IMG/VR virus record: IMGVR_UViG_3300001528_000621
Location: 96,001-160,000 of that record
DNA from: a virus
Taxonomy: Duplodnaviria; Caudoviricetes
Direction: 5' to 3' (one strand)
DNA: 64,000 nucleotides
Part shown: piece by piece, positions 36,845 to 48,073 of the stretch
How positions within the stretch are numbered: position 1 is the stretch's first letter
Layout of the letters: each line of letters begins with the position of its first letter
Translations under genes and position numbers: made by a program
Notes under the pieces: generated by a model
The model's database searches: none
What the model saw: only the letters and a program-made list of their open reading frames with translations
Told to the model about the DNA's origin: nothing

Positions 36845-37317
36845 TGGCATATAATGTTAGAAAGATTCAGCCGGTTGATCTTGAAGGACGTAAGATTATC
36901 GGAGTAAAGCTTCCTTTCGGAGGAACATACTCAACATCTTATGACCAAGGGCTGAGTTTGTCTAGAGGTCGCAGATCTAGGAGCACTAGGTCTGTTATCT
37001 TTGTTCCAACATACCAAACCAAAGATGCAATTAGAACAAATCTCCTTAACTACTTTATGACAGCTAAAGGAGAGAGGTACTTTAATAGGCAGTTTGGAAA
37101 CGAACTACTTAACAGTCTTTTTGAACATGATACACCAGAAAGAAGGCAGATCATTTTAGACCAGACTAAGAAAGATTTACAAATTTGGTTTCCTAGAGTA
37201 CAGGTAATTACTTTAGAATTAAGTAGTCTTGACGAAAATGATCTTCAGCTTTATCTGAAGTATGTTATTAAAGAGACAAACACAATTGACGAACTTACGA
37301 TTAATTTAACACAGTAG
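36844..37317 (+). CDS. baseplate wedge subunit, gp25-like
   Basis: IG.KLPF, T.DAIRTNLLN..MT.KGER.F...FG..L..LFE, W.P.V. Confidence 0.85.
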   Translation: MAYNVRKIQPVDLEGRKIIGVKLPFGGTYSTSYDQGLSLSRGRRSRSTRSVIFVPTYQTKDAIRTNLLNYFMTAKGERYFNRQFGNELLNSLFEHDTPERRQIILDQTKKDLQIWFPRVQVITLELSSLDENDLQLYLKYVIKETNTIDELTINLTQ

Positions 37318-39227
37318 TGGGAACTAGCACTAGAAGTATAAAATACAATCAGAAAAATTTTAGCGGGTTTAAAGAACAACTTCTTGAATTCGCTAAGAAT
37401 TATTTTTCAGATTCTTATAGCGATTTTTCTGTTCCATCTCCAGGTACAATGTTCTTGGAAATGGCTGCGTATGTTGGGGATGTTCTAGCTTTTTACCAGG
37501 ATGTTCAGGTTCAGGAGACCTTCATTAAGTATGCTAAGAATCCAGCTAACCTGTATGCCATAGCTTACATGATGGGATACAGACCTAAAGTAACTACTGT
37601 AGCAGAAGCAGAGCTAACATTTCAGCAGAACGTACTTGCTGTATCCGAGACAGATGAAAACGGAAATGTAACTTATCACCCAGATTGGACTAAACTAGTC
37701 AAGATTGGAGCATATTCCGAAATTAAGTGTACAGCTTTGGCTAATACGCAGTTCCTTCTTCGAGATGATGTAGATTTTTCATTCTCAAGTTCTTATGATC
37801 CTACAGAGATTTACGTAGGTGCTGTTGATTCTGAAGGAAATCCAACATATTATCAGCTTTATAAGAAAGGTATAGCCTTTTCAGGAGAACTTCGAGAGCA
37901 GAGTTTTACCTTTGGAGAGTTTAAAAAATTCCAGACAATTACCCTTAAGGATGAAAATATTGTAGGTGTAACTAAAATTACAGATAAGAATAATAAAGAA
38001 GAGTGGGAAGAAGTACCTACCTTAGGCCAAGATACGGTATTCGTAAGTGAGAGGGTTGAAAATCGAGAAGAAGCTGTCAAACAGGGAACAGCCTATAACT
38101 TAAGACTTAAGAAAGTAGACAGAAGGTTTACAACGAGATTTAATACTAAAGGAACTCTAGATATTCAATTTGGAGCAGGAGTGTATGCTGAGGATTCTGA
38201 TGAGGAGAACTTTTTACCTAACCCAATCTCACTTCAGCCAGGTACCCAAGATTTTGTTGAAAAGTACGACGTAGCCTACGATCCATCTAATTTTCTTTTC
38301 TCTAAAAGCTATGGTCTTGCTCCTGTAAACAGAACATTGACAGTTGAGTATATAGTCGGAGGAGGTCTTTCAGCAAACGTACCTGCTAACACATTGACAG
38401 AGTATAGCTTACTTCGAGTCTCTAGTACAGAGACAGGAGAGTCTATAGATCTAGATGATCTTACTATAGATTTACCGGACGGTACTGAATTAAACGCTAT
38501 TGAATTCTGGAATACAAATCCTGCATCTGGAGGTAGGAGCGGGGATACTCTTGAAGAGATTCGAGAAAACTCATTAAGAGCTTTTGCCGAACAAAAGAGA
38601 ATAGTTACCTTGGGGGACTACAACATACGCGCTTTGAGTATGCCCCAGAAGTTTGGAACTATCTCTAAAGTTTATGCTGTTAACGAACCTTTAACGGACG
38701 TAGAGGTTTCTGCTTTGTTTAGAAATCCTCTTGCCATAACTCTGTATGTTCTTAGTCAAGACGTAAACGGGCACCTAACAACAGCTTCTTCTCTAGTTAA
38801 GGAGAATTTAAGAACATATCTTTCTGAATATATGATGATTACAGACGCTATAGACATTAAAGATGCGTACATCGTCAATATTGGAATTAACTACGACATT
38901 GTTCTTCGTCCAGGAGCGCAGACTAGGGAAGTTCTTTTGGATTGCAATGAAGCAATTCAAGATTACATGAAAATTGAAAAGAGGTCCATTAACGAACCTC
39001 TCAACATTTCAGACTTGTATACAATCCTTGACCAGGTTGAAGGTGTTCAGACAGTTCAAAACGTGTCCATTAAGAACTTAACAAAGCGAGACGGAGACTA
39101 TTCAAACTACAGTTACAGTATTGCTGTAGCGTTACGAAATCACGTACTTTATCCTTCTTACGATCCTTGTATCTTTGAGGTAAAGTATCCAGAGTCAGAC
39201 ATTTTAGGAAGAGCAGTTACACTGTAA
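37317..39227 (+). CDS. baseplate wedge subunit, gp6/baseplate-J-like
   Basis: F..FK..L.EFAK.YF..YSDFS..SPG.MF.EMAAYVGDVL.FY, GY.P, QFG.G, ASGG...ET/DTLEEIR, Q.R.VT..DY. Confidence 0.9.
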   Translation: MGTSTRSIKYNQKNFSGFKEQLLEFAKNYFSDSYSDFSVPSPGTMFLEMAAYVGDVLAFYQDVQVQETFIKYAKNPANLYAIAYMMGYRPKVTTVAEAELTFQQNVLAVSETDENGNVTYHPDWTKLVKIGAYSEIKCTALANTQFLLRDDVDFSFSSSYDPTEIYVGAVDSEGNPTYYQLYKKGIAFSGELREQSFTFGEFKKFQTITLKDENIVGVTKITDKNNKEEWEEVPTLGQDTVFVSERVENREEAVKQGTAYNLRLKKVDRRFTTRFNTKGTLDIQFGAGVYAEDSDEENFLPNPISLQPGTQDFVEKYDVAYDPSNFLFSKSYGLAPVNRTLTVEYIVGGGLSANVPANTLTEYSLLRVSSTETGESIDLDDLTIDLPDGTELNAIEFWNTNPASGGRSGDTLEEIRENSLRAFAEQKRIVTLGDYNIRALSMPQKFGTISKVYAVNEPLTDVEVSALFRNPLAITLYVLSQDVNGHLTTASSLVKENLRTYLSEYMMITDAIDIKDAYIVNIGINYDIVLRPGAQTREVLLDCNEAIQDYMKIEKRSINEPLNISDLYTILDQVEGVQTVQNVSIKNLTKRDGDYSNYSYSIAVALRNHVLYPSYDPCIFEVKYPESDILGRAVTL

Positions 39228-39231
39228 TACG

Positions 39232-40278
39232 ATGGCTATTAAGAGACTTAAACCAATACAAGATACTTTTATTGTTCAGACAGGAACAGGGGCTAGTTTT
39301 GGAACAGATGAAATTCTAGAATTAGGTCATTGCTTGCGCTTTGATGCTACAGGAAGTTCTAGAATTATTCTTGAGTTTATGACAAATGAAGTAGAGGCTC
39401 TTCTTGGAAATCATAGCCTTAGTAGAGCTATTCTTAACTTGAAGTTTGCTCATGCTGAGAATTTACCACCTGTTTGGGGAGTAGACATTACGGAAATTGA
39501 TACCGAATGGACCGAGGGTTTGGGTCACGTGTATGATATTCCGGGAAGCACTAATGGAGCTTCTTGGTACAGACCTAAAGGTACCGAAATTGAGGAATAC
39601 TGGGAAGGAGGCTTAAAACTTGACGACGAACAAAACTTGATTTGGAAGCACGAATACTTCACAGGCTATGAAGCTTCTAAAGATATTCAACTTGACGTAA
39701 CAGAGTGGGTTTACAATTGGATTCTTCGAGAGAGTAGAGCTTTAGGTTTTCTTATTAAGCTTTCTAACGAAAAGCTAGCCCAAGATTGGTTAACTCGAAT
39801 TTGCTACTACAGTTCTGAGACACACACTGTTTATGGTCCTTACCTGGAACTGTCTTTTGACGATAGTGTCATAGAAGGAGAACCTGCTGTAGCAGATCCT
39901 ACAAACCTTTACGTGGAAGCTAAGAACCTCAAAGGGTCCTACTATATTGGAGAGAGAGCTAGAATTGATTTACTCTCTAGGCCTGAATATCCTCGAAGAA
40001 CTTTCACAACTTCATCTATCTATCGAGATGCGGGAGAACTTATTCCCAATGCTAGATGGGGTCTCAGAGACGAGTATACAGGAGAAATGTTTGTTCCTTT
40101 TAATGAGTTTGGAACAAGGTGCAGTTACGATTCAAGAGGAAATTACTTTATTTTAGATACAGACCTTCTAGAACCTGAAAGATATTATAGGCTTCTTATC
40201 GAGGTTGAGACAGAGAATTCTAGAAGAATTTATGACCCTAAACAAACCTTTAGAGTAACAAAGCATGGGGAACTATAG
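39232..40278 (+). CDS. virion structural protein (DNRLRE/CBM-like N-terminal domain)
   Basis: DT.I..., G.DEILE, SR..L.F, W.EG.G, DVT.WV, YSSET.T.Y.PYLE. Confidence 0.6.
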   Translation: MAIKRLKPIQDTFIVQTGTGASFGTDEILELGHCLRFDATGSSRIILEFMTNEVEALLGNHSLSRAILNLKFAHAENLPPVWGVDITEIDTEWTEGLGHVYDIPGSTNGASWYRPKGTEIEEYWEGGLKLDDEQNLIWKHEYFTGYEASKDIQLDVTEWVYNWILRESRALGFLIKLSNEKLAQDWLTRICYYSSETHTVYGPYLELSFDDSVIEGEPAVADPTNLYVEAKNLKGSYYIGERARIDLLSRPEYPRRTFTTSSIYRDAGELIPNARWGLRDEYTGEMFVPFNEFGTRCSYDSRGNYFILDTDLLEPERYYRLLIEVETENSRRIYDPKQTFRVTKHGEL

Positions 40279-40630
40279 TGTTGAGTTTGAAAAAAGGGTA
40301 TACGATAAACAATCTTTTCAAAAAGTTGTAGATAGAACCTTTAAGGAATTCGCACAGGTTCCTACAGAAAGCGTTAAAACAGTAGATCAGTTCTTCAGAG
40401 ATTATGATGAACTGTATTATAAAATTCCTGCTACAGGATCTACAAACTCACATCAGTTTTTAGTAGAGAGAAGTTCATTACTATATAAAGGAGACCAGGA
40501 CTTCATTGATATTCAGCCGCTTATCGATGAAATTACAACTCTCAAAGCTCAGAACGTTGAATATCAGCAGCAAATTATAGATCTTAGAACGCAGGTAGCT
40601 AATAAGAGTATAAATGAGACAGGAGTATAG
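40265..40630 (+). CDS. baseplate-region structural protein
   Basis: F..Y.ELYY.IP..G..NSH.FL..S; C-terminal coiled coil. Confidence 0.65.
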   Translation: MGNYSVEFEKRVYDKQSFQKVVDRTFKEFAQVPTESVKTVDQFFRDYDELYYKIPATGSTNSHQFLVERSSLLYKGDQDFIDIQPLIDEITTLKAQNVEYQQQIIDLRTQVANKSINETGV

Positions 40631-43600
40631 GTATACAGTAGAACGGCTTGATTCTAAAAATTCGTCCATATTAAGCGAAAAGGATCAAAATCTTGTTTCA
40701 ACCTACATTTCCGGTATTAAGTCTTTTAATCCGGACGAAAGTAGGTTGGACGTAGTCGTGTCCAGCGAAACTGGTGATGTTCTAGAAACATACCGAGATG
40801 TGCCAGATTACACTGTTCACGGCGTTGTTCAAGGTTCTACTAAAATTAATCAACTAGAGGTAGATCCGACAATTTATCTCGAAGGTAGAACATACTTGGG
40901 GGATGTTGTTGTAGAGTACAAAGCTTTTAATAATCTGTATTCAAGGGACGCTACTGTATTTCTATCTGGTATCTCATCGGATAGGACAGAGATTCAAGTT
41001 AAATCTTTTGCTGTATCTCTTCGAGACCTACAGTACTATACGAATAAGCTACAGTATAGTTTTGAAAATCAAAGTTATTCGACAGAAGCTTTTTTAGAAA
41101 TTTCAGATACCGGACAGCAAATACCTGTTGTAAATGCTACAACCGAGGTGGTTGGATCTGAAACTGTAGCTGTATTCAAACTGTATGAACCACTTCCAGA
41201 TAGTATAGGACTGAAAGATGTTTGTCAAATTCTTGAAAGTCTAGGAGAGTCATCCCGGTTTCTTATTAAGAGAACGACCGTCGTAGTTGAAGATCCTGTA
41301 CCAGAACTTAAAGGTCCTAACTTTTCGGTTGAAGTTGGAACATCTACAATCTCAACAGATTATAAGAACTTTACTCAGCTTCTAAGTCAAAAATCCTGGG
41401 AAAGCTCTAAAGGACTCTATACAGCATTTAAGAAATCTTCTCTACATACAAGCATAAACTACGAGGATTTTGGAGACTTTATTCATTTCTCTTCAGCTGT
41501 AGAACGGTTAGAGAATGCTAGGTATAAGTTTGAGAAAATCTTTGAATATCAAAGCCTTATCAGCTCTTCTTTATCAGAAGCAGAAAAGTCTAGATATCAG
41601 ACCGAGATCGACGGTATTGTAGAAAATTTTGACCATTACGAGAACTATCTCTACTTTGAATCCGGGTCTAAAGCTTGGCCTAAGAAATTTGATGAAGAAG
41701 TAGGGTGTACTATTCGACCTTACGAAAACGAGACAAACCCTCTCGTTTATGAACCGTGGTATAACCAAGTATTCACCGAAGCAGAAGGGTATGATAACAA
41801 TAATAAGGATATTCTGATTAGTACGATACCTGCTGCTATTCGAGAGGATTTAGATCACAATGAACCTTACTTGATATTCATCCACATGATCGGCCAACAT
41901 TTTGACGATCTTTGGGTGTACGCTCAAGCCATAGCAAACAGGTATAAAGCAGACAACCGTCCTGAATTCGGCATCTCAAAAGAGCTTGTTAAGGATGCTT
42001 TAGAGTCTTTTGGATTAAATCTTTACGAATCAAACCAAAACCTAAATGCTTTGTTTGAACTGTGCCAACCAGACGGAACTTACGATCCGGGATTAGAGAC
42101 AGCGGTAACAGACTTTAAATCAATTTCAGGAGACCCTGCCCTTGCTGAAGCTTATACTAAGGAAGTCTACAAGAGAATTTATCACAACATTCCTACTCTC
42201 CTTAAGACCAAAGGAACGAGCAGAGGATTAAGGGTTCTGATAAATTGCTTTGGTATTCCTAGTGATATACTGGCAGTGAAGGTTCGAGGAGGAGTGGATT
42301 CAGATAAAAGACCTTTTTTTGGTCCAGAGGAAGCTATAGCAGTTTCTCCAGAATTTGATACTAAGGGTCTAGAAATATCGGGAAGTATTGATAAGGTTCG
42401 AACTAAACCATCAACTCAGATTTTAGAGTATACTTCTCAGAATAGTACAGGGTCTTTCTTTAGAAGTACTACCCTTTCAAGGTATACAAATACTACAGCT
42501 AGTGTAAAACCTCTAACAGATGATTTACATCAAGTTGAGGTAGGTTTTAATCTAAATGAAGCTGTTAATAGATACTTCAAGGAGAACCTAGGAGACTTCA
42601 CGGTAGACGATGTTTTAGCCGATCCAAGTATAGTAGAAGAAGATTATGGGGATGCTTGGAAATACCTAAGGGAATCCCTTCTAAATGACGTAACAAAGTC
42701 AGGTAAGAATTTCAGATCTCCTACAGCTATCATTCGTCTTGTTAGATACTTTGATACAACTCTCTTTCGAATGTTGAAAGATTTTCTACCAGCTAGGTCT
42801 GTTGTAGAAACTGGAGCTATTGTTAAGGATAATGTTCTTCACAGAAACAGGTGGAGGGGTGTAAACGTATCTTGGCTTTCAATTTTAGAGACAGGAAGCA
42901 TATCAGGCAGTACAGTTAAGGGTACTCACGGTGGAGCTTTTCTACATGCTGGTCAGAGGTTTGAAACAACTGAGTTTTCTGGAAGCTATTACAACCCTGT
43001 TAGTACAGGAGACAAGTGGGTAGACAAGCCTGTAATCTCTGGATCTAGAGAGTACACCGGTGAGTTAGGAGGAACTCAACTAAGGGTTGCAGATATAGAT
43101 CTTACAAAGAATAATAAAGATAGGAAAGCTAAACAACCTGTAAATGATTACGGTTACAATTTCTGGTTCTTAGGACTACCGGATCTTCCTCTCTGTTCTG
43201 CAAAGATTGTAACTAGTTTCGAAACATACTATAGAAGATTTACAGAGTTGGGGTTACCGACAGCTTCTGCTACACTGGGAGATCAATTCAACGTAAGTTT
43301 AAAGGAAGCAGAGACTTATCATGCTTTTGATCCAAATATAACGTATCGAGCTACAGCTCAAACACATTGGAGAGACCATGAAACTGTACCGGAGACTTTT
43401 ATGGGATGGTTCACCGGTAGTCTTAATTACGGTCATCCTCACACGGTAAGGAGTATGCTGCAGATTACGCCAGCTGAAACAGTCGTGGAAGATTGTACGT
43501 GGACAGCTAGCTATTGTACAGGAAGTAGAAATATTTTGTGGTTCTATCCATACTGTTTTGATTCTGATTACGGATATTTTTATTATTACTATAAAGGAGA

Positions 43601-43991
43601 TATAATACTTACTTGGAAGTATCTAGATACCTCTCAGGATCCGGAGAAGGATCAAGCAGAGTCCGGTAGCGGCGTTTGGGGACACCTAGGCAGTACCAAG
43701 TTACTATTTCAGTGTCAGAACACGGTACTGAGCTTAACTCTTCCAGAAACTTCATTATTTGGTACAAGCGAAGGGTACTGGTGGGTAAACTATAGTAGTG
43801 GAAGTCTTCCTGAAAACTATGGAGAAATCATAGACTTTTTAGGTGTTAAAGCTTTGAGAGGAAATTATACAGGTCCTTTCATTAGTGACGGAACTATTGT
43901 AGATTCACAGTGGTACGGAAATCACGGAGAATGGCCTTGGAAGAAATGGGAGACATCAAAAGATATAAGTACCGTAGGAAAGAAGATATAG
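40614..43991 (+). CDS. large baseplate protein (gp7-like wedge)
   Basis: 1125 aa; IS.DRTEI, FIHFSSA.ERL, MIGQHFD, KRIYHN.P.LLKTKGT.RGLR.LINCFGIP. Confidence 0.7.
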   Translation: MRQEYRYTVERLDSKNSSILSEKDQNLVSTYISGIKSFNPDESRLDVVVSSETGDVLETYRDVPDYTVHGVVQGSTKINQLEVDPTIYLEGRTYLGDVVVEYKAFNNLYSRDATVFLSGISSDRTEIQVKSFAVSLRDLQYYTNKLQYSFENQSYSTEAFLEISDTGQQIPVVNATTEVVGSETVAVFKLYEPLPDSIGLKDVCQILESLGESSRFLIKRTTVVVEDPVPELKGPNFSVEVGTSTISTDYKNFTQLLSQKSWESSKGLYTAFKKSSLHTSINYEDFGDFIHFSSAVERLENARYKFEKIFEYQSLISSSLSEAEKSRYQTEIDGIVENFDHYENYLYFESGSKAWPKKFDEEVGCTIRPYENETNPLVYEPWYNQVFTEAEGYDNNNKDILISTIPAAIREDLDHNEPYLIFIHMIGQHFDDLWVYAQAIANRYKADNRPEFGISKELVKDALESFGLNLYESNQNLNALFELCQPDGTYDPGLETAVTDFKSISGDPALAEAYTKEVYKRIYHNIPTLLKTKGTSRGLRVLINCFGIPSDILAVKVRGGVDSDKRPFFGPEEAIAVSPEFDTKGLEISGSIDKVRTKPSTQILEYTSQNSTGSFFRSTTLSRYTNTTASVKPLTDDLHQVEVGFNLNEAVNRYFKENLGDFTVDDVLADPSIVEEDYGDAWKYLRESLLNDVTKSGKNFRSPTAIIRLVRYFDTTLFRMLKDFLPARSVVETGAIVKDNVLHRNRWRGVNVSWLSILETGSISGSTVKGTHGGAFLHAGQRFETTEFSGSYYNPVSTGDKWVDKPVISGSREYTGELGGTQLRVADIDLTKNNKDRKAKQPVNDYGYNFWFLGLPDLPLCSAKIVTSFETYYRRFTELGLPTASATLGDQFNVSLKEAETYHAFDPNITYRATAQTHWRDHETVPETFMGWFTGSLNYGHPHTVRSMLQITPAETVVEDCTWTASYCTGSRNILWFYPYCFDSDYGYFYYYYKGDIILTWKYLDTSQDPEKDQAESGSGVWGHLGSTKLLFQCQNTVLSLTLPETSLFGTSEGYWWVNYSSGSLPENYGEIIDFLGVKALRGNYTGPFISDGTIVDSQWYGNHGEWPWKKWETSKDISTVGKKI

Positions 43992-43995
43992 AGGA

Positions 43996-45162
43996 ATGGA
44001 AAAATCAGTACTAAGTAGAGCATTTAAATATGTAAGTCCAGAATATCCGGAAATAGGGTCAGTTAGTCTGGTTTTATCTGGTTCTGTTCCGTACATTGGA
44101 ACTTACGAAAGCGGATCTGTAGATACAGCGTCCGTTGCTTCCACACTATACTCTGTCGTAGGTGTTGGGTTTATTGCTGAAGGATCTCTTCGAGACACAA
44201 TACACTCTGTTTCAGAGCTTTGGATACCAATATTGGATAAAGAAGGAGAAACTCACACTATTCATGTACCGGTAAAAGAGCGTTCAGTCTATTCTAATTG
44301 GATTTATTTGTGGGCTAGCAGCACTAAAGATTTTATTTCCGGATCTTGGTTTGTAGACGATCTTCAAGTTGCTCCTGACAGCTATGAAAAGTATAACACT
44401 GGCCACGAAACATTAGAGTATAGTTGCACTGTTCAAGGTCCTGGTAATATTATTTTCGTTACATATGTACCGGAAGGTTTTGAGCAAAGAGGAGAGTATA
44501 ATGCTATTTTAAACAATGCTACAACTCAAAGTCGTACTGAACTTTTTACGGTGGACAGTTCATCTAATACAACTGTAAAGCATTACATCTCCGATGAACA
44601 CAAAACAAACTTTGTAGGAGGATGCTATGCAGGACGTCTCGAAGTTAGTCAAGAAGGTTCTTCAGATCAAAAAACTTTCGATTTCTTTAGAGGTTTTGAA
44701 AAGCAGAAGCTAGACGACAAGTATGTTCAGACTCTTGATTTAGCTTTTATGAACTATAGAGCTATTTCTGCTAGCGTATACGTAGACAGGTCGTTCATAT
44801 CTGGAGGAGTTGAACAAAAGCAATCTGTTGAGGAGGTTTGGTCAGATCTTCAGAATGGAAACGTAGATGAACCAGAAACGATTTATTTTTCTCCTAGATC
44901 TTACATACGAGAGGGACTTGATCCAGAGAAAGTTAAAAGCACAGGATGGATAGATCCTCCAACAGGAAGTTATTACCGTTCTGCATCTGTAGTTCAGGAA
45001 GATAGAACATCTACACCTACTCTTGGAAGTATTTTGTTTAAAGTCAAAGATAATATAACAGTAAGATATGTTCAGTCTACAATATATGCTCCGTTTTTGA
45101 ATACGGTATATAGGACAGACGATTTCGGGGTTGTATCTGATATGTACCCGGAACCTAAATAA
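43996..45162 (+). CDS. tail/baseplate-associated protein
   Basis: 388 aa, SGS-rich, in the structural operon. Confidence 0.55.
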   Translation: MEKSVLSRAFKYVSPEYPEIGSVSLVLSGSVPYIGTYESGSVDTASVASTLYSVVGVGFIAEGSLRDTIHSVSELWIPILDKEGETHTIHVPVKERSVYSNWIYLWASSTKDFISGSWFVDDLQVAPDSYEKYNTGHETLEYSCTVQGPGNIIFVTYVPEGFEQRGEYNAILNNATTQSRTELFTVDSSSNTTVKHYISDEHKTNFVGGCYAGRLEVSQEGSSDQKTFDFFRGFEKQKLDDKYVQTLDLAFMNYRAISASVYVDRSFISGGVEQKQSVEEVWSDLQNGNVDEPETIYFSPRSYIREGLDPEKVKSTGWIDPPTGSYYRSASVVQEDRTSTPTLGSILFKVKDNITVRYVQSTIYAPFLNTVYRTDDFGVVSDMYPEPK

Positions 45163-45234
45163 AGTCTCACGAAAGAACACAATATTTTACCATAAATCTA
45201 TTTATAAAGCAGATTAGAAAGAAAATAATACGAA

Positions 45235-45900
45235 ATGGGATACCTAAACAACTCCATCGTAACTGTAGATGCTGTTCTCACTAGAAAAGGTAGAGAACTT
45301 CTTGCTAGAGGAGACGGTTCATTTAAAATAACTCAATTTGCTTTGGCGGACGATGAAATAGACTATACCTTGTATAATCCTAAACATCCGTCTGGTTCCG
45401 AATACTATGGAGAAGCTATAGAAAAGACACCGCTTCTAGAAGCTTTTGTAGACGAAACACAAATGCTTAAGTACAAGCTTGCTACTCTTCCTCGAGGTAC
45501 TTCTAAGCTTCCTATTCTGGATATTGGTTACACTGTCATTACTCTTAAGCAAGGATCTGCTCTTGCAGTTACACCTCAGACTCTAAACTATCTAGGTATT
45601 ACTCAGACTTATGAGAGTTCTGGATATGCAGCTACCATTGCTGATGTTAGAGTTTTGAATTCTTTTACAGGCGTAGGTATTACAAGTGCAGATGTAGTAG
45701 CAGCTAACAATTCTCAGACAACCGGTACTAGTATTTCACGAACCGTTATCGGATCTACCATTAACCTTGTTGCTACAAACGTGAATGACCTGTTCACTCA
45801 GAATGGAGCTGATACACTGTTAACTTCACTTACTATTGTTGGTAGAGATTCTGGAGCTCGACTTACAGTTCCTGTTAAGATTTTAAAAGCTAGTGCATAA
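45235..45900 (+). CDS. conserved virion structural protein
   Basis: MGYLNN..VTVDAVLT.KGRELLA.G..F.ITQFALADDEIDY; late promoter at 45199. Confidence 0.8.
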   Translation: MGYLNNSIVTVDAVLTRKGRELLARGDGSFKITQFALADDEIDYTLYNPKHPSGSEYYGEAIEKTPLLEAFVDETQMLKYKLATLPRGTSKLPILDIGYTVITLKQGSALAVTPQTLNYLGITQTYESSGYAATIADVRVLNSFTGVGITSADVVAANNSQTTGTSISRTVIGSTINLVATNVNDLFTQNGADTLLTSLTIVGRDSGARLTVPVKILKASA

Positions 45901-46979
45901 TGTCTTTCAAAAGGTTTGAAACAGAAGATATAGTTCTAAGTTCGGACGTTATAACATTTCCGACATGGTATACCCAAGAGAACGGAGATACCTCTGAACT
46001 ACATAATGAAGACTGGGTACCTTGTGATACTCAAGGAGCTAGTATAGACTTTTATGCTGATTTTTACAGCAAATATACATACATATCTGCTTCTGGAGAA
46101 GAGGTTTCTGGTTATGACCCTTCTCACTCTAAAGCTTTGTTTAGCTTAGCTTATGCTGAGCGGCCAGAAAAAGGATATGTAGAGACTGGAAGTGGGGTTG
46201 AAATTAAAAACTCTGAGATCATTTTTGGACAGTACAGGTCTCTTGTTCTTGGGGATGAAGAGAGTGAATTTAAGTTCGGAAGTACGGTTCACGGTGTAGA
46301 AGGTGACGGAGTAGCTGCTAAATCTTTCATGGCTTTTTCTGTTGAGAGAGCTAGATTTAGAGAGAAGCTTGACCCTAATACGTGCAGGTTTACCTTTAAG
46401 TCTGGAGAAAGCAGTGCTAGTTTTTCTTTAGCCCCTGACATTAATGCAAATCAGAGATACCTAGATGCAGGTAGAGTCTATGACCTAGCTGAATATGCGG
46501 ATGACGGTAGTGGAAGCATTTCCTACAAATATCCAGAATCCTCATCTGCAGCAGGTTCTTATGGGTATTTCTTACCTGACATTGGACTTGTTCTCTTCAA
46601 CACCGATACAGGATCACTTGAAAAGATGACCGGTATTGATCCTGAAGTTTGGAATTCTAGTGACGAAGCAGGAAAGAGAGACCTCTTCATTCAGAGTCTT
46701 TCAACAGCTTCAATTAGGTCTCAAGAGACAGTTACATCCAATTACATTTTCGTTCGGGCTAGAAACGCTGAATTTAATTATTCTACTAATCCTAGCAACA
46801 TTACAGGAAGTGCAGGAAACATTAGATGGGATACGATGATTAACCAGCCTCAGGCTTTCGTAACAACTGTAGGTTTATATAACGATTCTAATGACCTTTT
46901 AGCTGTAGCAAAACTTTCTCGTCCAATTATAAAAGATTTCACTAAGGAGATCCTTATTAGAGTTAAGTTAGACTATTAA
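45900..46979 (+). CDS. tail-collar/fibre-attachment-like protein
   Basis: C-terminal TTVGLYND..DLLAVAKLSRP..K..L.RVKLD. Confidence 0.7.
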   Translation: MSFKRFETEDIVLSSDVITFPTWYTQENGDTSELHNEDWVPCDTQGASIDFYADFYSKYTYISASGEEVSGYDPSHSKALFSLAYAERPEKGYVETGSGVEIKNSEIIFGQYRSLVLGDEESEFKFGSTVHGVEGDGVAAKSFMAFSVERARFREKLDPNTCRFTFKSGESSASFSLAPDINANQRYLDAGRVYDLAEYADDGSGSISYKYPESSSAAGSYGYFLPDIGLVLFNTDTGSLEKMTGIDPEVWNSSDEAGKRDLFIQSLSTASIRSQETVTSNYIFVRARNAEFNYSTNPSNITGSAGNIRWDTMINQPQAFVTTVGLYNDSNDLLAVAKLSRPIIKDFTKEILIRVKLDY

Positions 46980-48073
46980 TGAGCGTTTATAAGGGATTAA
47001 ATAGGTCCGACGTCTTTTTGACAGACTATATCTCAAGAAAAAAGTGGATAGCGTCCGGATCAAATCTAGAAGAACTGGGCTTGCGCCTTTTACAGGGAGT
47101 GTCCAGTTCTCGTCCCTATTACACTGTAGACGAAGATATAAAAGAATTTAGGCCGTACACAGGTACAGTCGGTATAACTAGCTCTTATACAGAAGGTAAA
47201 TATAACAGAAAGCTTCTTTTTGGAAGCATTTATGAGCAGTTCTACAGTGGATCTCTTGAAGATGGGACATTTTATGGAGATCGAAACTTAAGCTTACAAA
47301 CAACCCTAACTGTACCTGGTTCTAGAAGACTAATTACAAGTTCTTTTAGAGATACAAAACAAGAAACTTGGATACCCGGGGATCAGAGAGAAGAAGATAA
47401 TGTAATAATCATGATTCTTTCTATTCCAAAAGAGGTGTTCGGAAATGCTATAACACCGGGATCTTTTAAGGTTAACTTGGATAAAGATGTTTGGACCTAC
47501 GTTGAGGATGATTATGTAGCTAACGAACACGGAAGTATCTGCGATGAAGGATACCCGGAAGGTGTGTACACTCGACCTAGCAATCATTGGGTAGATCCAT
47601 ATTTTGAAGATTTACATCAAGCTGGAGCTTACGATTATGAGGGTGTTTTGATTGTAGATGGGTTTGTTGGAGAATGGCATCAGCCAGAGGAATACAAATA
47701 CCCAACACCAATTCAGGTACAAGCGAACGTTGTAGGAGATATTATATATAACCAGGGTCTTGTAATCTTTACAAATCCTTTTGTTCGATTCTTATTTGAA
47801 AATTGGGATGCAGAGACATTCGAATGGGAAGGAAGTAGGGACATATACACAAAGCACATAGTTTGTAAAGCTAGGGACATAGACTTCAACAAGACCTTTA
47901 ATCCAACAGCTACAGAAGAGTTACAGAATACAGAAGGGTTTACTCCATACATAACAGCTGTAGGTCTCTATAACAATCGGGGAGATCTTCTTGCTGTTGC
48001 AAAACTAAGTAAACCTATTAAGAAAGCTCTGGATACAGAGATGACGTTTGATATTCAAATCGATTTAGGATAA
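46979..48073 (+). CDS. tail-collar/fibre-attachment-like protein (paralogous C-terminus)
   Basis: C-terminal PYITAVGLYN..GDLLAVAKLSKP. Confidence 0.7.
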   Translation: MSVYKGLNRSDVFLTDYISRKKWIASGSNLEELGLRLLQGVSSSRPYYTVDEDIKEFRPYTGTVGITSSYTEGKYNRKLLFGSIYEQFYSGSLEDGTFYGDRNLSLQTTLTVPGSRRLITSSFRDTKQETWIPGDQREEDNVIIMILSIPKEVFGNAITPGSFKVNLDKDVWTYVEDDYVANEHGSICDEGYPEGVYTRPSNHWVDPYFEDLHQAGAYDYEGVLIVDGFVGEWHQPEEYKYPTPIQVQANVVGDIIYNQGLVIFTNPFVRFLFENWDAETFEWEGSRDIYTKHIVCKARDIDFNKTFNPTATEELQNTEGFTPYITAVGLYNNRGDLLAVAKLSKPIKKALDTEMTFDIQIDLG